A stretch of 35,711 nucleotides of DNA from Candidatus Woesearchaeota archaeon. GTDB lineage: Archaea; Nanobdellota; Nanobdellia; Pacearchaeales; GW2011-AR1. The notes below the pieces were generated by a model. That model worked only from the letters and a program-made list of their open reading frames with translations. It searched no databases and was not told the origin of the DNA. Of this stretch, positions 26,375 to 35,352 are shown piece by piece. The number at the start of each line of letters is the position of its first letter. The stretch's first letter is position 1. The DNA lies in assembly GCA_964530955.1 (NCBI GenBank), contig CAZHCL010000010.1, positions 1-35,711 of the forward strand, in the 5' to 3' direction. The translations under genes were made by a program, and so were the position numbers.

Positions 26375-26764
26375 ATGAATATATCTGAATTGAAAGCAGG
26401 ACAGGGCAAGGTTGATGTCGAAGTTAAAGTTAAGAGTATGGCTGAGCCAAGAGTTATGCAGAAGTATGGTAAGGAACTTAAGGTTGCAAATGCGGTGGTT
26501 GGAGATGAGTCTGGAGAAATAACTTTAACATTGTGGAATGCTGATGTTGATAAGGTTCATGCTGGTGACACTTTGAAGATAACAAATGGTTATGTTTCTG
26601 AGTTTAACGGCAAGAAGCAGCTTACATCTGGAAAGTTCGGAAAGCTTGAAGTTGTTTCTGGCGAGGGTTCTGAGGAACCAAGCGAAGACATGCCTGAAGA
26701 GCCTAAGACTGCAAAGGGAAAGAAACCAAAGAAGACTGAAGATATTGAAGAAGTTGAGTTTTAA
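26375..26764 (+). CDS. ssb: single OB-fold ssDNA-binding protein with acidic tail
   Basis: ISELK...V.V.V, VANA.VGDESG.I.LTLW and NGY..EFNG..QL..GK; acidic C-terminus. Confidence 0.88.
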   Translation: MNISELKAGQGKVDVEVKVKSMAEPRVMQKYGKELKVANAVVGDESGEITLTLWNADVDKVHAGDTLKITNGYVSEFNGKKQLTSGKFGKLEVVSGEGSEEPSEDMPEEPKTAKGKKPKKTEDIEEVEF

Positions 26765-27228
26765 ATAATTCTTAATATATCACTAACTGTTTCTATAGTA
26801 TAGCTTGGCTGACCCGTCTCTTGATTGGGAATTTCGTGAGAGTATTCTCCTCTTCTAATCCATGCGGTCGGGCATTGGAGTTCATTTCCTATTTTTATTC
26901 CTCTTAGTGTTCTGTCATCTACTAATAATGTATTTCTGTTGGATATTTGTTCATTCGGACTGTTATGCCTGAGATTCATTAAATGCATGCACATAAGATA
27001 CTGACTTGCATCTTTAGTTTTGTTAATGACTACATGGTCAAAATATTTTGTCAATCCAGAACTTTCTATTTCTACTTTTCTTGAATTATCATTTTTTGTT
27101 AAAGAAACTAAACTCATTCTTACTCCTTTTTTCTGCAAAGCTGAAAGAGTTTGCTCTGAATCTGGAAAAAGTCCTATATCTCGTTGGTATAATGTTCCAA
27201 TCCAGTCAAGAATAACTGCCTTTATCAT
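26761..27228 (-). CDS. HAD-superfamily hydrolase
   Basis: KAVILDWIGTLY motif I variant, SLVS motif II, LVDDR, GNELQCPTAWI; ATG 27228 preferred. Confidence 0.75.
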   Translation of the reverse strand: MIKAVILDWIGTLYQRDIGLFPDSEQTLSALQKKGVRMSLVSLTKNDNSRKVEIESSGLTKYFDHVVINKTKDASQYLMCMHLMNLRHNSPNEQISNRNTLLVDDRTLRGIKIGNELQCPTAWIRRGEYSHEIPNQETGQPSYTIETVSDILRII

Positions 27229-27306
27229 AAAAACCAATTTGATAATAGCCTTATAATCCTTTTTATCTTTCACAAGCTTTAAAACCCTTGGATGATTATT
27301 ATAAAA

Positions 27307-27924
27307 ATGAAATATACTTTACCTAAGTTGTCTTATGATTATGGTGCATTGGAGCCGTTTATAGATGCTAGAACTATGGAAATTCATCATACAAAGCATC
27401 ATCAGACTTATGTTGATAAGCTTAATGAGGCTTTAGCTAAGCACCCCGAGATTGCTGATAAGCCTTTGAACGAACTTCTTGCAAATATTAATTCTGTTCC
27501 CGAAGATATAAGGATTGCAGTTAAAAATCATGGTGGAGGACATTTGAATCATTCTTTGTTTTGGGAATTGCTCGCAAAGGATATTCCTGCCAAAGGAAAA
27601 GTTGTTGATGCCATAGGTAAAGAATTTGGAAGTCTTGATAAGTTTAAGGAACAGTTTTCAACTGCTGCGCTCGGAAGATTCGGAAGCGGATGGGCTTGGC
27701 TTGTTTTGAACAAGGAAAAACTTGAAATTTATTCCACTGCAAATCAGGATTCTCCTTTAATGGAAGGAAAAACTCCCTTGCTTGGGATTGATGTCTGGGA
27801 GCATGCATACTATTTGAAGCATCAATCAAATAGAAAAGCTTATGCAGAATCTTTCTGGAATGTTGTGAATTGGAAGAAGGTCGATGAACTTTATTCTTCT
27901 ACACAAAAAAATAAAAAGAAATAA
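27307..27924 (+). CDS. sodA: Fe/Mn superoxide dismutase (Mn-type signature)
   Basis: [36 protein letters not shown] and DVWEHAYY. Confidence 0.95.
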   Translation: MKYTLPKLSYDYGALEPFIDARTMEIHHTKHHQTYVDKLNEALAKHPEIADKPLNELLANINSVPEDIRIAVKNHGGGHLNHSLFWELLAKDIPAKGKVVDAIGKEFGSLDKFKEQFSTAALGRFGSGWAWLVLNKEKLEIYSTANQDSPLMEGKTPLLGIDVWEHAYYLKHQSNRKAYAESFWNVVNWKKVDELYSSTQKNKKK

Positions 27925-29097
27925 TTATTTCTTAATAAAAGCAATTTCATCTTCGGTAAGACGCAATTGTTCTTGCACGGCGGGCTTTTGAATAATCATT
28001 TTAATCATCTGGAAATCTCTCATTGCTCTCTTTGTTGAGCAATGAACGTATTTGGCATATTTCTTTGAAATTGTCTTCTTTTTTTCCATCTTTTGATTGT
28101 TAAGCCATATTTTTAATATTCTTTTTGGAGGTTCATACTTTGTGAATGATTGTGGCATTGAGTTTGTTTTTGCGAATGAGATTCCTGCGCTCTGGAAAAT
28201 ATTCTGGTAAATCAAAAATCTCCAGGATTGATTCTTGTAAATTCTTCCTCTGAATACGTCTGCTTTTCCTAGAGCATAATATGCTTTAGCAAGAGCTTCA
28301 TTTTTGTATTCTTTTGGAATATTCTCCTCAAGCCAGAGCAAAATTTCATCCAATGACATTTTTGTTGAGTCAAATATGTCTAGGAAGGGTTGTCTTTCCT
28401 TGAATATTTTTTTAAGTATATTGAAAATGTTATCTTCAACATCTCTTCTCTCTAGAGTGTCTACTTCACTAATATCTCCTCCAGCATAGCTTTGTAGGTC
28501 ATTTAACGCTGCTCTTATGTCACCCTGTGATTTGATTGCTATTTTGTTTAGGAAAGAGATATCTTTTTTTATTCCTTCATTATCTGCCACTCTTCTGAGA
28601 ATTTCAACTATGGTTATTGTTTGGAGAGCTTTCATTTCAACAATCTTGCATTTCTGCCTTAGCTGGGAGAGTTTTGACTGCCAGACGTCATTGCAGGTCA
28701 TTATCATAGGAAATTTTGTTGTTTCTACCAATCTCATCAATTCTGCTATGCCCCCGATATCTGTGCCTGTGACTCCATCAACTTCATCAACAAGCAATAT
28801 CTTTCCTTTTTTGAAGAGACTCATCTGCTCTGTCGCTGGCTTTAAAACTATTTCTAACTGCGCTCGGTTTCTTAAGTCTGAGGAATTAAGCTCCAGAACT
28901 TCAAGGTCATTTTCTTTTGCTGCTGCCAATGCAAGAGAGGTTTTTCCCGTTCCTGCAGGTCCATAAAGGATGAGCGCTTTCTTTTTTGGGAATTCTTTGA
29001 TGAATTTTTTAACTTCATCGACAGCAGGATCCTGCTTTATTATATCAAAATATTTTTTTATCCTATACTTCTCAGCAAGGCTGTTATGTTTTATCAT
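27925..29097 (-). CDS. rfcL: replication factor C large subunit
   Basis: AEKYR, GPAGTGKT, LELNSSD, LVDEVD, GDIRAALNDL, WLEENIP and AYYAL.KADVF.GRI. Confidence 0.93.
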   Translation of the reverse strand: MIKHNSLAEKYRIKKYFDIIKQDPAVDEVKKFIKEFPKKKALILYGPAGTGKTSLALAAAKENDLEVLELNSSDLRNRAQLEIVLKPATEQMSLFKKGKILLVDEVDGVTGTDIGGIAELMRLVETTKFPMIMTCNDVWQSKLSQLRQKCKIVEMKALQTITIVEILRRVADNEGIKKDISFLNKIAIKSQGDIRAALNDLQSYAGGDISEVDTLERRDVEDNIFNILKKIFKERQPFLDIFDSTKMSLDEILLWLEENIPKEYKNEALAKAYYALGKADVFRGRIYKNQSWRFLIYQNIFQSAGISFAKTNSMPQSFTKYEPPKRILKIWLNNQKMEKKKTISKKYAKYVHCSTKRAMRDFQMIKMIIQKPAVQEQLRLTEDEIAFIKK

Positions 29098-29122
29098 TTT
29101 AGTCACCTTCTTTTATCATTTT

Positions 29123-30091
29123 TTAAAGAGTCTTGCCCTGACCCGCAAGAACGAAGGACGCAAGCAAAGATTGCAATTGTACGAATTCATCACTTCCCTC
29201 AGTCATTCTGAATTCAACTTCACCCGTTTTTTCAGTTAATCTTACCTTTATTTCTGGTTCTATCTGGAGATTCCAGATTTCTTTCTGGATTGCTTTTATT
29301 AATTCTTGTCCTGATACTGATTCTTTTAGAACTACATCTAGAAGCTTGTCTCTGGCGCTTACAAAGTCTCCTGCTAATGCATAATCTAGAATGACTCTTA
29401 TTCCTGAAGGTTTTGTTGAGGAAGAAATCATATTAATCATTTCTGAATTTATGTCTGGAGAAATCGATGCTGTTGCCTGAAGGAGATTTATTGCTCTCCT
29501 ACAATCACCTTCACTTGATTCATATAATGTCTGGAAAGCGCCATCATCAACTTTTAATTTTTCTTTTTCAGCTATTTTCTTAATTACTTCTGCAACATCT
29601 TTTTTCTCAAGCAATTTGAATCTGAAAACTACACATCTTGATTGTATTGGGTCTATTATTGAAGATGAATAATTACATGACATTATGAATCTGCAGGTAT
29701 TGGTGAAATTCTCCATTGTTCTTCTCAATGCTTGCTGGGCTTCCTTTGTGAGTGCGTCTGCTTCATCAAGAAATATTACCTTAAATGGGATATTTTCTAT
29801 AGCTTTTGTTCTGGCAAAGTCTTTTACCTTTTGTCTTATAACATCAATTCCCCTCTCATCAGAAGCATTTAGCTCGAGATAGTTATCTCTCCAGGTTTCT
29901 TTGAAAAGTTCTTTAACAATTATTAATGCCAGGGTAGATTTTCCTGTTCCTGCAGGTCCTGCGAACATAAGGTGAGGGATATTCATAGATTGCACAAGTG
30001 ATTTGACTCTCTTCAGTATTTCTTGCTGGCCAACCACCTCTTCAAATTTTGACGGACGATATTTCTCTGTCCATATTTCACTCTGACTCAT
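29123..30091 (-). CDS. rfcS: replication factor C small subunit
   Basis: WTEKYRP, PHLMFAGPAGTGKST, ELNASDERGID, LDEADALT..AQQALRRTME and IQSRC. Confidence 0.97.
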   Translation of the reverse strand: MSQSEIWTEKYRPSKFEEVVGQQEILKRVKSLVQSMNIPHLMFAGPAGTGKSTLALIIVKELFKETWRDNYLELNASDERGIDVIRQKVKDFARTKAIENIPFKVIFLDEADALTKEAQQALRRTMENFTNTCRFIMSCNYSSSIIDPIQSRCVVFRFKLLEKKDVAEVIKKIAEKEKLKVDDGAFQTLYESSEGDCRRAINLLQATASISPDINSEMINMISSSTKPSGIRVILDYALAGDFVSARDKLLDVVLKESVSGQELIKAIQKEIWNLQIEPEIKVRLTEKTGEVEFRMTEGSDEFVQLQSLLASFVLAGQGKTL

Positions 30092-30117
30092 AATAGATTT
30101 GAGAAAAGAGTTTTTAT

Positions 30118-30143
30118 AAAGATTGTTGTTGTGAACAATCTTT
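30118..30143. terminator. 10-bp inverted repeat between rpl41e and rfcS (terminator- or operator-like)
   Basis: AAAGATTGTT (30118-30127) pairs with AACAATCTTT (30134-30143); adjacent to a TTTATAAA box. Confidence 0.4.
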
Positions 30144-30171
30144 AATCTCTCTTATTTAAAAATAAGACTAA

Positions 30172-30288
30172 TTAGGCTGATCTTAATCTATGTAGTCTTC
30201 TTCTACGCTTTTCTTTTCTAATACGCTTTCTCTGCCACTTCCAGCGCATTTGTCTCTTCTTCTTCCAGCGCCTAGATGATCTTTTCAT
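30172..30288 (-). CDS. rpl41e: ribosomal protein eL41/L41e (eS32), not in the ORF track
   Basis: Manual translation MKRSSRRWKKKRQMRWKWQRKRIRKEKRRRRLHRLRSA*, which carries the MRWKW..KR.R signature. Confidence 0.88.
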   Translation of the reverse strand: MKRSSRRWKKKRQMRWKWQRKRIRKEKRRRRLHRLRSA

Positions 30289-30338
30289 TAATTGAATAAA
30301 AAAAAGAGGTTTATAAAGGTTTTCGCTCAGTATAATAT

Positions 30339-31091
30339 ATGGGATTTTGGCCTGTTGTTGAAAATGTACTCAGAAATTCTGATATTGTCATCCTAGTATT
30401 AGACGCGAGAATGCCTGAGCTATCGAGAAACAGCGAGCTTGAAAGAAAAGTTGTTGAACTTGGAAAAGAATATGTTTCTGTTTTTACTAAAATAGACCTG
30501 ATTAGTAGCAAAGTTCTCTCTGAATTAAGGAAAAAATATCCTAATGCATTCTTTGTTTCAGGAACAAGGAACATAGGAATTGGTGCATTGAGAAAATATT
30601 TGCAAATAACTGGAAAAAGAATAAGAATTGCAGAGCCAAGAATAGGAGTTGTAGGATATCCTAACCTTGGAAAGAGTGCTATAATAAATGCTCTCGCCAG
30701 AAGGGCCAGAGCAGCCATTGCAGACATGCCAGGAACTACAAGAGGAGTTCAATGGATTAAGGTAAGCAATTTAATGATATTAGATTCTCCAGGAGTTATT
30801 CCCTATGAAGATAAAAGTTCTAAGTTAATTCTTCTTGGGAGCAAACATGCTCAAAAAACACATCAGCCTGGAAAAGTTGCTTGTGATGTTATCCGAATGT
30901 TTATTGAAAGTAATAAATCTGCTTTGGAAAAGCATTATAAAATAGAAATTAAGGAAGGTCAGGAAGAATATGACATTTTACTCGATATAGGAAGGAAGAG
31001 AGGATTTCTTAAGAGGGGCGGAGAGGTTGATGAGACCAAAACTGCTATTTTTATAATTCAGGATTGGCAGAAAGGAAAATTAGTTATATAA
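30339..31091 (+). CDS. circularly permuted ribosome-biogenesis GTPase (RbgA/YlqF family)
   Basis: G4 TKID precedes G1 GYPNLGKS, G2 PGTTRG and G3 DSPG. Confidence 0.92.
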   Translation: MGFWPVVENVLRNSDIVILVLDARMPELSRNSELERKVVELGKEYVSVFTKIDLISSKVLSELRKKYPNAFFVSGTRNIGIGALRKYLQITGKRIRIAEPRIGVVGYPNLGKSAIINALARRARAAIADMPGTTRGVQWIKVSNLMILDSPGVIPYEDKSSKLILLGSKHAQKTHQPGKVACDVIRMFIESNKSALEKHYKIEIKEGQEEYDILLDIGRKRGFLKRGGEVDETKTAIFIIQDWQKGKLVI

Positions 31092-31105
31092 TTTTATAAT
31101 TAAAG

Positions 31106-31197
31106 TGAGCCAGCAGGCCGGGTTAAGGGATCCTGCCAGCTCATGCATGAATAAAAATAGGCTCTTTTAAAACTATGCTTTGCTTATAGTTTTAAAA
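31106..31197. terminator. two hairpins in the convergent GTPase/disA intergenic region
   Basis: GC-rich stem at 31106-31143 (12 bp on the minus strand with tandem G-U) and a perfect 12-bp AT-rich inverted repeat at 31165-31176 and 31186-31197. Confidence 0.5.
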
Positions 31198-31205
31198 CGA
31201 TAAAA

Positions 31206-32297
31206 CTAGCGAAGCTGCCAGGGATTAAGCTTTATCTTTTCTATTTCTTCCTTGAGAAGATTGGCTTTTTCTTCACCAATTACTTCAAAATATGCTTTTG
31301 CACTTGAATGGAGTATTCCTCCAAGAGAACCCTTAGCTTTGATGAGTTTTGCTATATCCTGCTCTGGCAAAAGTGTTTTTGAGAGTATTCTCCACCCGGG
31401 TATCAATTTTCTTTCTGAAAGTGTTTCGTAGGCAAGGGAGTTAAGTATCTTTTCTTCATCAAGTATTTCATCATAGGAGAGAGTTTCTAGAAGATTTCTT
31501 GTTCTTTTAACATCTAAATTAGTGTAGTCTTTTATTACCAAACTAGTTTCCTTGTCGATTCCAGATATTATTTCTTTCAGTCTTGTTTTGAGAAGAGGAC
31601 CTTCACTTCCTAGTTCAACTATGAATCTTTTTAGGTCTTCTGCTATTTTTTGGATTAATCTACCTTTTTGGATGACCAAAACTGCCTGTTCAACATTGTG
31701 ATAATTTCTAAGCTCTAATTTATTAAGTTTGTCAAGATAGGAGTCAAACAGTTCTCTCTGCTTTTCAAGCATCTGAATATTTTCATTTACTTTTCTTCTT
31801 ATGTCTTCAGTGCTTTTTACAGGATATTTTATATTTCTGTAATAAAGATTAATATCGTGCTTTTTTTCAGAAATTGCTATGGTTATTCCCTTTGTCTGTT
31901 TTGCAGTTCTCTCTGCCGCTTTGTGTCTTGTTCCTGTTTCAGAGGTTTTTATCTTAGAATCTGGTGTAAGAAGGACATTTGCGTAGTCAATTCTTTTCAC
32001 ATCCTTAGAGAGAACGATTGCTCCGTCCATTTTTGCTAACTCTGCGACTCTTTGAGGGGTAAATCTGCAGTTAACTCGGAATCCTCCGTCAATAAGAGGC
32101 AAGAGATCATCATTGTCTATTACCATCAGGGCTCCTTTTCCTCCTTTAAGTGCAAGTTCGATTGCTCCTCTAAGGTTTGTACCGGGGGCTATCATTTTAA
32201 GCACTGAGAAAAACTCCTCTTCTGTTACTTTTGCATTATTATTACCATTTGTTTTTGAGGGAATAATAGTTTCCTGCACCTCTTTTTTAGTTTCCAT
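31206..32297 (-). CDS. disA: DNA integrity scanning diadenylate cyclase DisA
   Basis: APGT.LR, FTPQR..ELAKMDGAIVL, ETGTRHKAAERTAKQ, linker helices and a degenerate C-terminal HhH; ATG 32297 preferred. Confidence 0.92.
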   Translation of the reverse strand: METKKEVQETIIPSKTNGNNNAKVTEEEFFSVLKMIAPGTNLRGAIELALKGGKGALMVIDNDDLLPLIDGGFRVNCRFTPQRVAELAKMDGAIVLSKDVKRIDYANVLLTPDSKIKTSETGTRHKAAERTAKQTKGITIAISEKKHDINLYYRNIKYPVKSTEDIRRKVNENIQMLEKQRELFDSYLDKLNKLELRNYHNVEQAVLVIQKGRLIQKIAEDLKRFIVELGSEGPLLKTRLKEIISGIDKETSLVIKDYTNLDVKRTRNLLETLSYDEILDEEKILNSLAYETLSERKLIPGWRILSKTLLPEQDIAKLIKAKGSLGGILHSSAKAYFEVIGEEKANLLKEEIEKIKLNPWQLR

Positions 32298-32426
32298 AAT
32301 TATTTTCACTTTTTTCAAACACCCTAAGTATTTAATCTTTTTCAAAAATATTTTTAAATCTTTCGTTTAAATAAATTAATTAAACGAATCAAAAACCTAT
32401 TTAAACCGCGTTTTCTTTTACAGTTT

Positions 32427-33764
32427 ATGATAAAAATTCATTCTATAGGTGGTTATAATGAGGTTGGAAAAAATATGACTGCTCTTGAAATAGACGATGA
32501 TGTTATTCTTTTTGATGCAGGGCTATTTCTTCCAGCTATTGTCGGTGTTTCTGAAAGAGAGAAGATACCTACTGAGAAAGGAATGAGATCTCTTGGTGCA
32601 TTGCCCGATGATTTGTATTTGGAAACTCATAATCTAAGGGATAAGGTAAGGGCTATTTTGGTTTCTCATGCGCATTTGGATCATGTGGGCGGAATTCCTT
32701 ATATTGCTCCTAGATACAGAGCTAATGTTGTCGGGACTCCTTTCACCATGGCTGTTTTGAAAAGCCTTCTCAATGATAATAATCATAAAATGAATAATAA
32801 CATTATTTCTGTAAATCCAGATAATTCCTACACAGTCAAGGGTAAAAATAGAAGTTATAAGGTAGAATTCATAAATATGACTCATTCGACAATACAAAGT
32901 TCAATAATAGCAGTTCACACTCCCGAGGGAGTTGTTCTTTATGCAAATGATTACAAGTTAGACAATACTCCAGTTTATGGCGATAAGCCTAATTATCATA
33001 GACTTAAGGAATTGGCTAAATCTGGGGTTAAAGCACTTATTGTAGACTGTTTATATGCTCCTGATGATAGAAAAACTCCTTCTGAAAAGATAGCTAAAGG
33101 TCTTCTTGAAGATGTATTTCTTTCTACAGATAATCATAATGCTGGAATGATTGTAACCACATTTTCTTCTCATATTGCCCGATTAAAAACAATAACTGAA
33201 CTGGGAAAAAGACTCAATAGAGAGGTTATATTTTTGGGAAGAAGTCTTAACAAATATGTTTCTGCAGCAAAAGATGTTGGTAAAGCTCCTTTCATAAATG
33301 ACATTAAGCTGATAATGTATAGAAAACATTTGGAAAGAACTTTGAAAAATGTTAATAAGATGAAAAAGAATTATCTTATTGTTTGCACAGGTCATCAGGG
33401 AGAACCTGGTTCTATTCTTGATAGAATGGCTAGGAATCAGTTGCCTATAAAGTTAACCGCACAAGATCATATAATATTTTCTTCAAAAACGATTCCAACT
33501 CCTACAAATGAGGAGAATAGACAGCAGCTTGAAAAAAGGCTTAAGAAGCATCAGGTAAGAATATTTGACAATGTTCACGTTTCAGGTCATGGTGGCAGAG
33601 AGGATTTAAGAGATTTGATAAAACTTGTGCAGCCCCAGCATGTTATTCCTTCTCATGGTGATTTGAAGAAGCTTACTGCTGGAGCGAGTCTTGCCGTAGA
33701 AATGGGATATAAACTTAACAAGACTGTGCATTTGATGCAGAATGGACAGGAACTGCAGATTTAA
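32427..33764 (+). CDS. rnj: ribonuclease J (beta-CASP metallo-beta-lactamase)
   Basis: GGYNEVGKNMT, SHAHLDHVG, HST, DYKLD, TTFSSHIARL, TGHQGEP and HVSGH. Confidence 0.96.
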   Translation: MIKIHSIGGYNEVGKNMTALEIDDDVILFDAGLFLPAIVGVSEREKIPTEKGMRSLGALPDDLYLETHNLRDKVRAILVSHAHLDHVGGIPYIAPRYRANVVGTPFTMAVLKSLLNDNNHKMNNNIISVNPDNSYTVKGKNRSYKVEFINMTHSTIQSSIIAVHTPEGVVLYANDYKLDNTPVYGDKPNYHRLKELAKSGVKALIVDCLYAPDDRKTPSEKIAKGLLEDVFLSTDNHNAGMIVTTFSSHIARLKTITELGKRLNREVIFLGRSLNKYVSAAKDVGKAPFINDIKLIMYRKHLERTLKNVNKMKKNYLIVCTGHQGEPGSILDRMARNQLPIKLTAQDHIIFSSKTIPTPTNEENRQQLEKRLKKHQVRIFDNVHVSGHGGREDLRDLIKLVQPQHVIPSHGDLKKLTAGASLAVEMGYKLNKTVHLMQNGQELQI

Positions 33765-33973
33765 TCTGAACAGAAGTTAGACCAGCATTCTGCAGAGCAG
33801 TAGGCGAAGCCACATGGGCTGGCATAGAATTTACCGAAGTTTCTGTGTCTGTATTCTGTCTTGATTCTTCTGTCATCATCAATCATGAAAGAAGGTACTC
33901 TCAAAGATTTCCTATCATTTGCGCAGGTCATCTCAAGGCTATCTCCCTCAAAAAGCTTTTCTAGTGCAGTCAT
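33761..33973 (-). CDS. small Cys-rich protein, possible treble-clef zinc finger
   Basis: CAND...CGFAYCSAECW pattern; fills the gap and shares a TTAA stop overlap with rnj. Confidence 0.5.
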   Translation of the reverse strand: MTALEKLFEGDSLEMTCANDRKSLRVPSFMIDDDRRIKTEYRHRNFGKFYASPCGFAYCSAECWSNFCSD

Positions 33974-34129
33974 AACAAAGAGAGGATTCGAGTATACTTA
34001 TTCCTTTTCAATATAAAATATATTCAATCAATAGTGAAAAAATGAAAATTGGAGAAAGCTTTTTTATCAATGTTTATTCGCTAGCAATCAAAACATTTAA
34101 ATCAACCTTTTTTCTAACAAAGAAGTAAA

Positions 34130-34600
34130 ATGAGAGATGAAATACAGGCTGGTCTGAAAAATGCCCTTGAAAGGGGTTCAAGTCTTGAAGAGGCAGTTCA
34201 GAGTTTTATAAGCGCAGGTTATAATCCTGTTGAGGTAAAAGATGCAGCAAGCACTTTGGCTCCAGGTACTTTGCCTATTACTCAAGCTGACAAACCAGCT
34301 AATAATTCTGCTGTCAAGAATATGAATAATCCTTCCATGGATTCAAATGTCATGAAAACATTTACTACTCAGCAACCTTTCTCACAATTTTCAGGTCAAA
34401 AACCTTTCCAGAGTCAGAACAGTCAAAGTCAGGTGGTTGCTCCTTCTAACCCAGTTAATCCTGCAGGCGAGCTTCAGCCTAAGAGCTCAAAAAAGAAGTG
34501 GATTATAATAGTAATAGTTCTTCTTGTTCTTATTGTTGGAATAGTTGGACTGCTTCTCTTTTCTAACAATCTTTTAGATTTATTTTTGAGTAAATTGTAA
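34130..34600 (+). CDS. C-terminally anchored membrane protein with a low-complexity linker
   Basis: Helical N-domain (LERG.SLEEA..S.I.AGY), Q/S/N/P-rich linker, KKK followed by a TM helix. Confidence 0.8.
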   Translation: MRDEIQAGLKNALERGSSLEEAVQSFISAGYNPVEVKDAASTLAPGTLPITQADKPANNSAVKNMNNPSMDSNVMKTFTTQQPFSQFSGQKPFQSQNSQSQVVAPSNPVNPAGELQPKSSKKKWIIIVIVLLVLIVGIVGLLLFSNNLLDLFLSKL

Positions 34601-34602
34601 CC

Positions 34603-35352
34603 ATGGCTAAATCTTTAATTCATAGTTTGAAGGAATCTGGAAAATCTTTTGTAAAAAATCCTCTTATTTTTCTTCCTAGTTTGATTGCTATGCTTATTCT
34701 TAGCATTTTATCAGAGTTATCAACAAAATTTAATTCTATTATTGGGAATAGCAATTCTTTTCTTGTGACTGGATGGTTTGTTCTTTTCTCTGCGATTTGT
34801 CTTCTTATGCTTTCATATTTCTTTGCAGGATTGATTGGTCTATGTTTTGCTTCAATAAAGGGGAAAATAAAGTCTAGTGATTTTTTCAGCAACGCTAATA
34901 AGTACTGGTTAAAGAATTTTATCATCATCATAGTGATGGTCATTTTCTTTGATATTTTGCAGTTAGTTTCCGTATATGGTGCCTACTTTATAGGGAAGTC
35001 TCTTTCTTTGAGCCTTGGCTCTGCTAAATTACTTCTTTTCTTTATTTACTTTGCAGGTTTAATCGGATGGCTTATATTCTTTACTTTTGCAAATTTCTTT
35101 TTAATAGAAAGAGGATTTGGACTTATGGGAAGCATAAAGAAAAGCTTTTCATTTGTTAAATTGCACTATATCGAAGTTCTTGTTTTGAGTGTTGGATTTT
35201 TTATAATCTTACAAATCACTACATATCTTGATTCAATTGCTGTCTTTAATTTAATCAAATTGGGAGAACTTCTTGCAACCATAATTGTTTATCCTTATCT
35301 TGCTCTCATCCTTGCCTTTTTTTTATACGGCAACACTGAAAAGGAGAGATAA
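34603..35352 (+). CDS. multi-pass membrane protein
   Basis: About 5-6 hydrophobic segments; ..SIKKSF...K pattern of small archaeal membrane proteins. Confidence 0.75.
   Translation: MAKSLIHSLKESGKSFVKNPLIFLPSLIAMLILSILSELSTKFNSIIGNSNSFLVTGWFVLFSAICLLMLSYFFAGLIGLCFASIKGKIKSSDFFSNANKYWLKNFIIIIVMVIFFDILQLVSVYGAYFIGKSLSLSLGSAKLLLFFIYFAGLIGWLIFFTFANFFLIERGFGLMGSIKKSFSFVKLHYIEVLVLSVGFFIILQITTYLDSIAVFNLIKLGELLATIIVYPYLALILAFFLYGNTEKER

Noticed and set aside
31106-31143. Resemblance of the hairpin to SRP RNA helix 8 or a c-di-AMP riboswitch
   Set aside because: It lacks the SRP GNRA tetraloop and AGCAG motif, is far too short, and lies 3' rather than 5' of disA.
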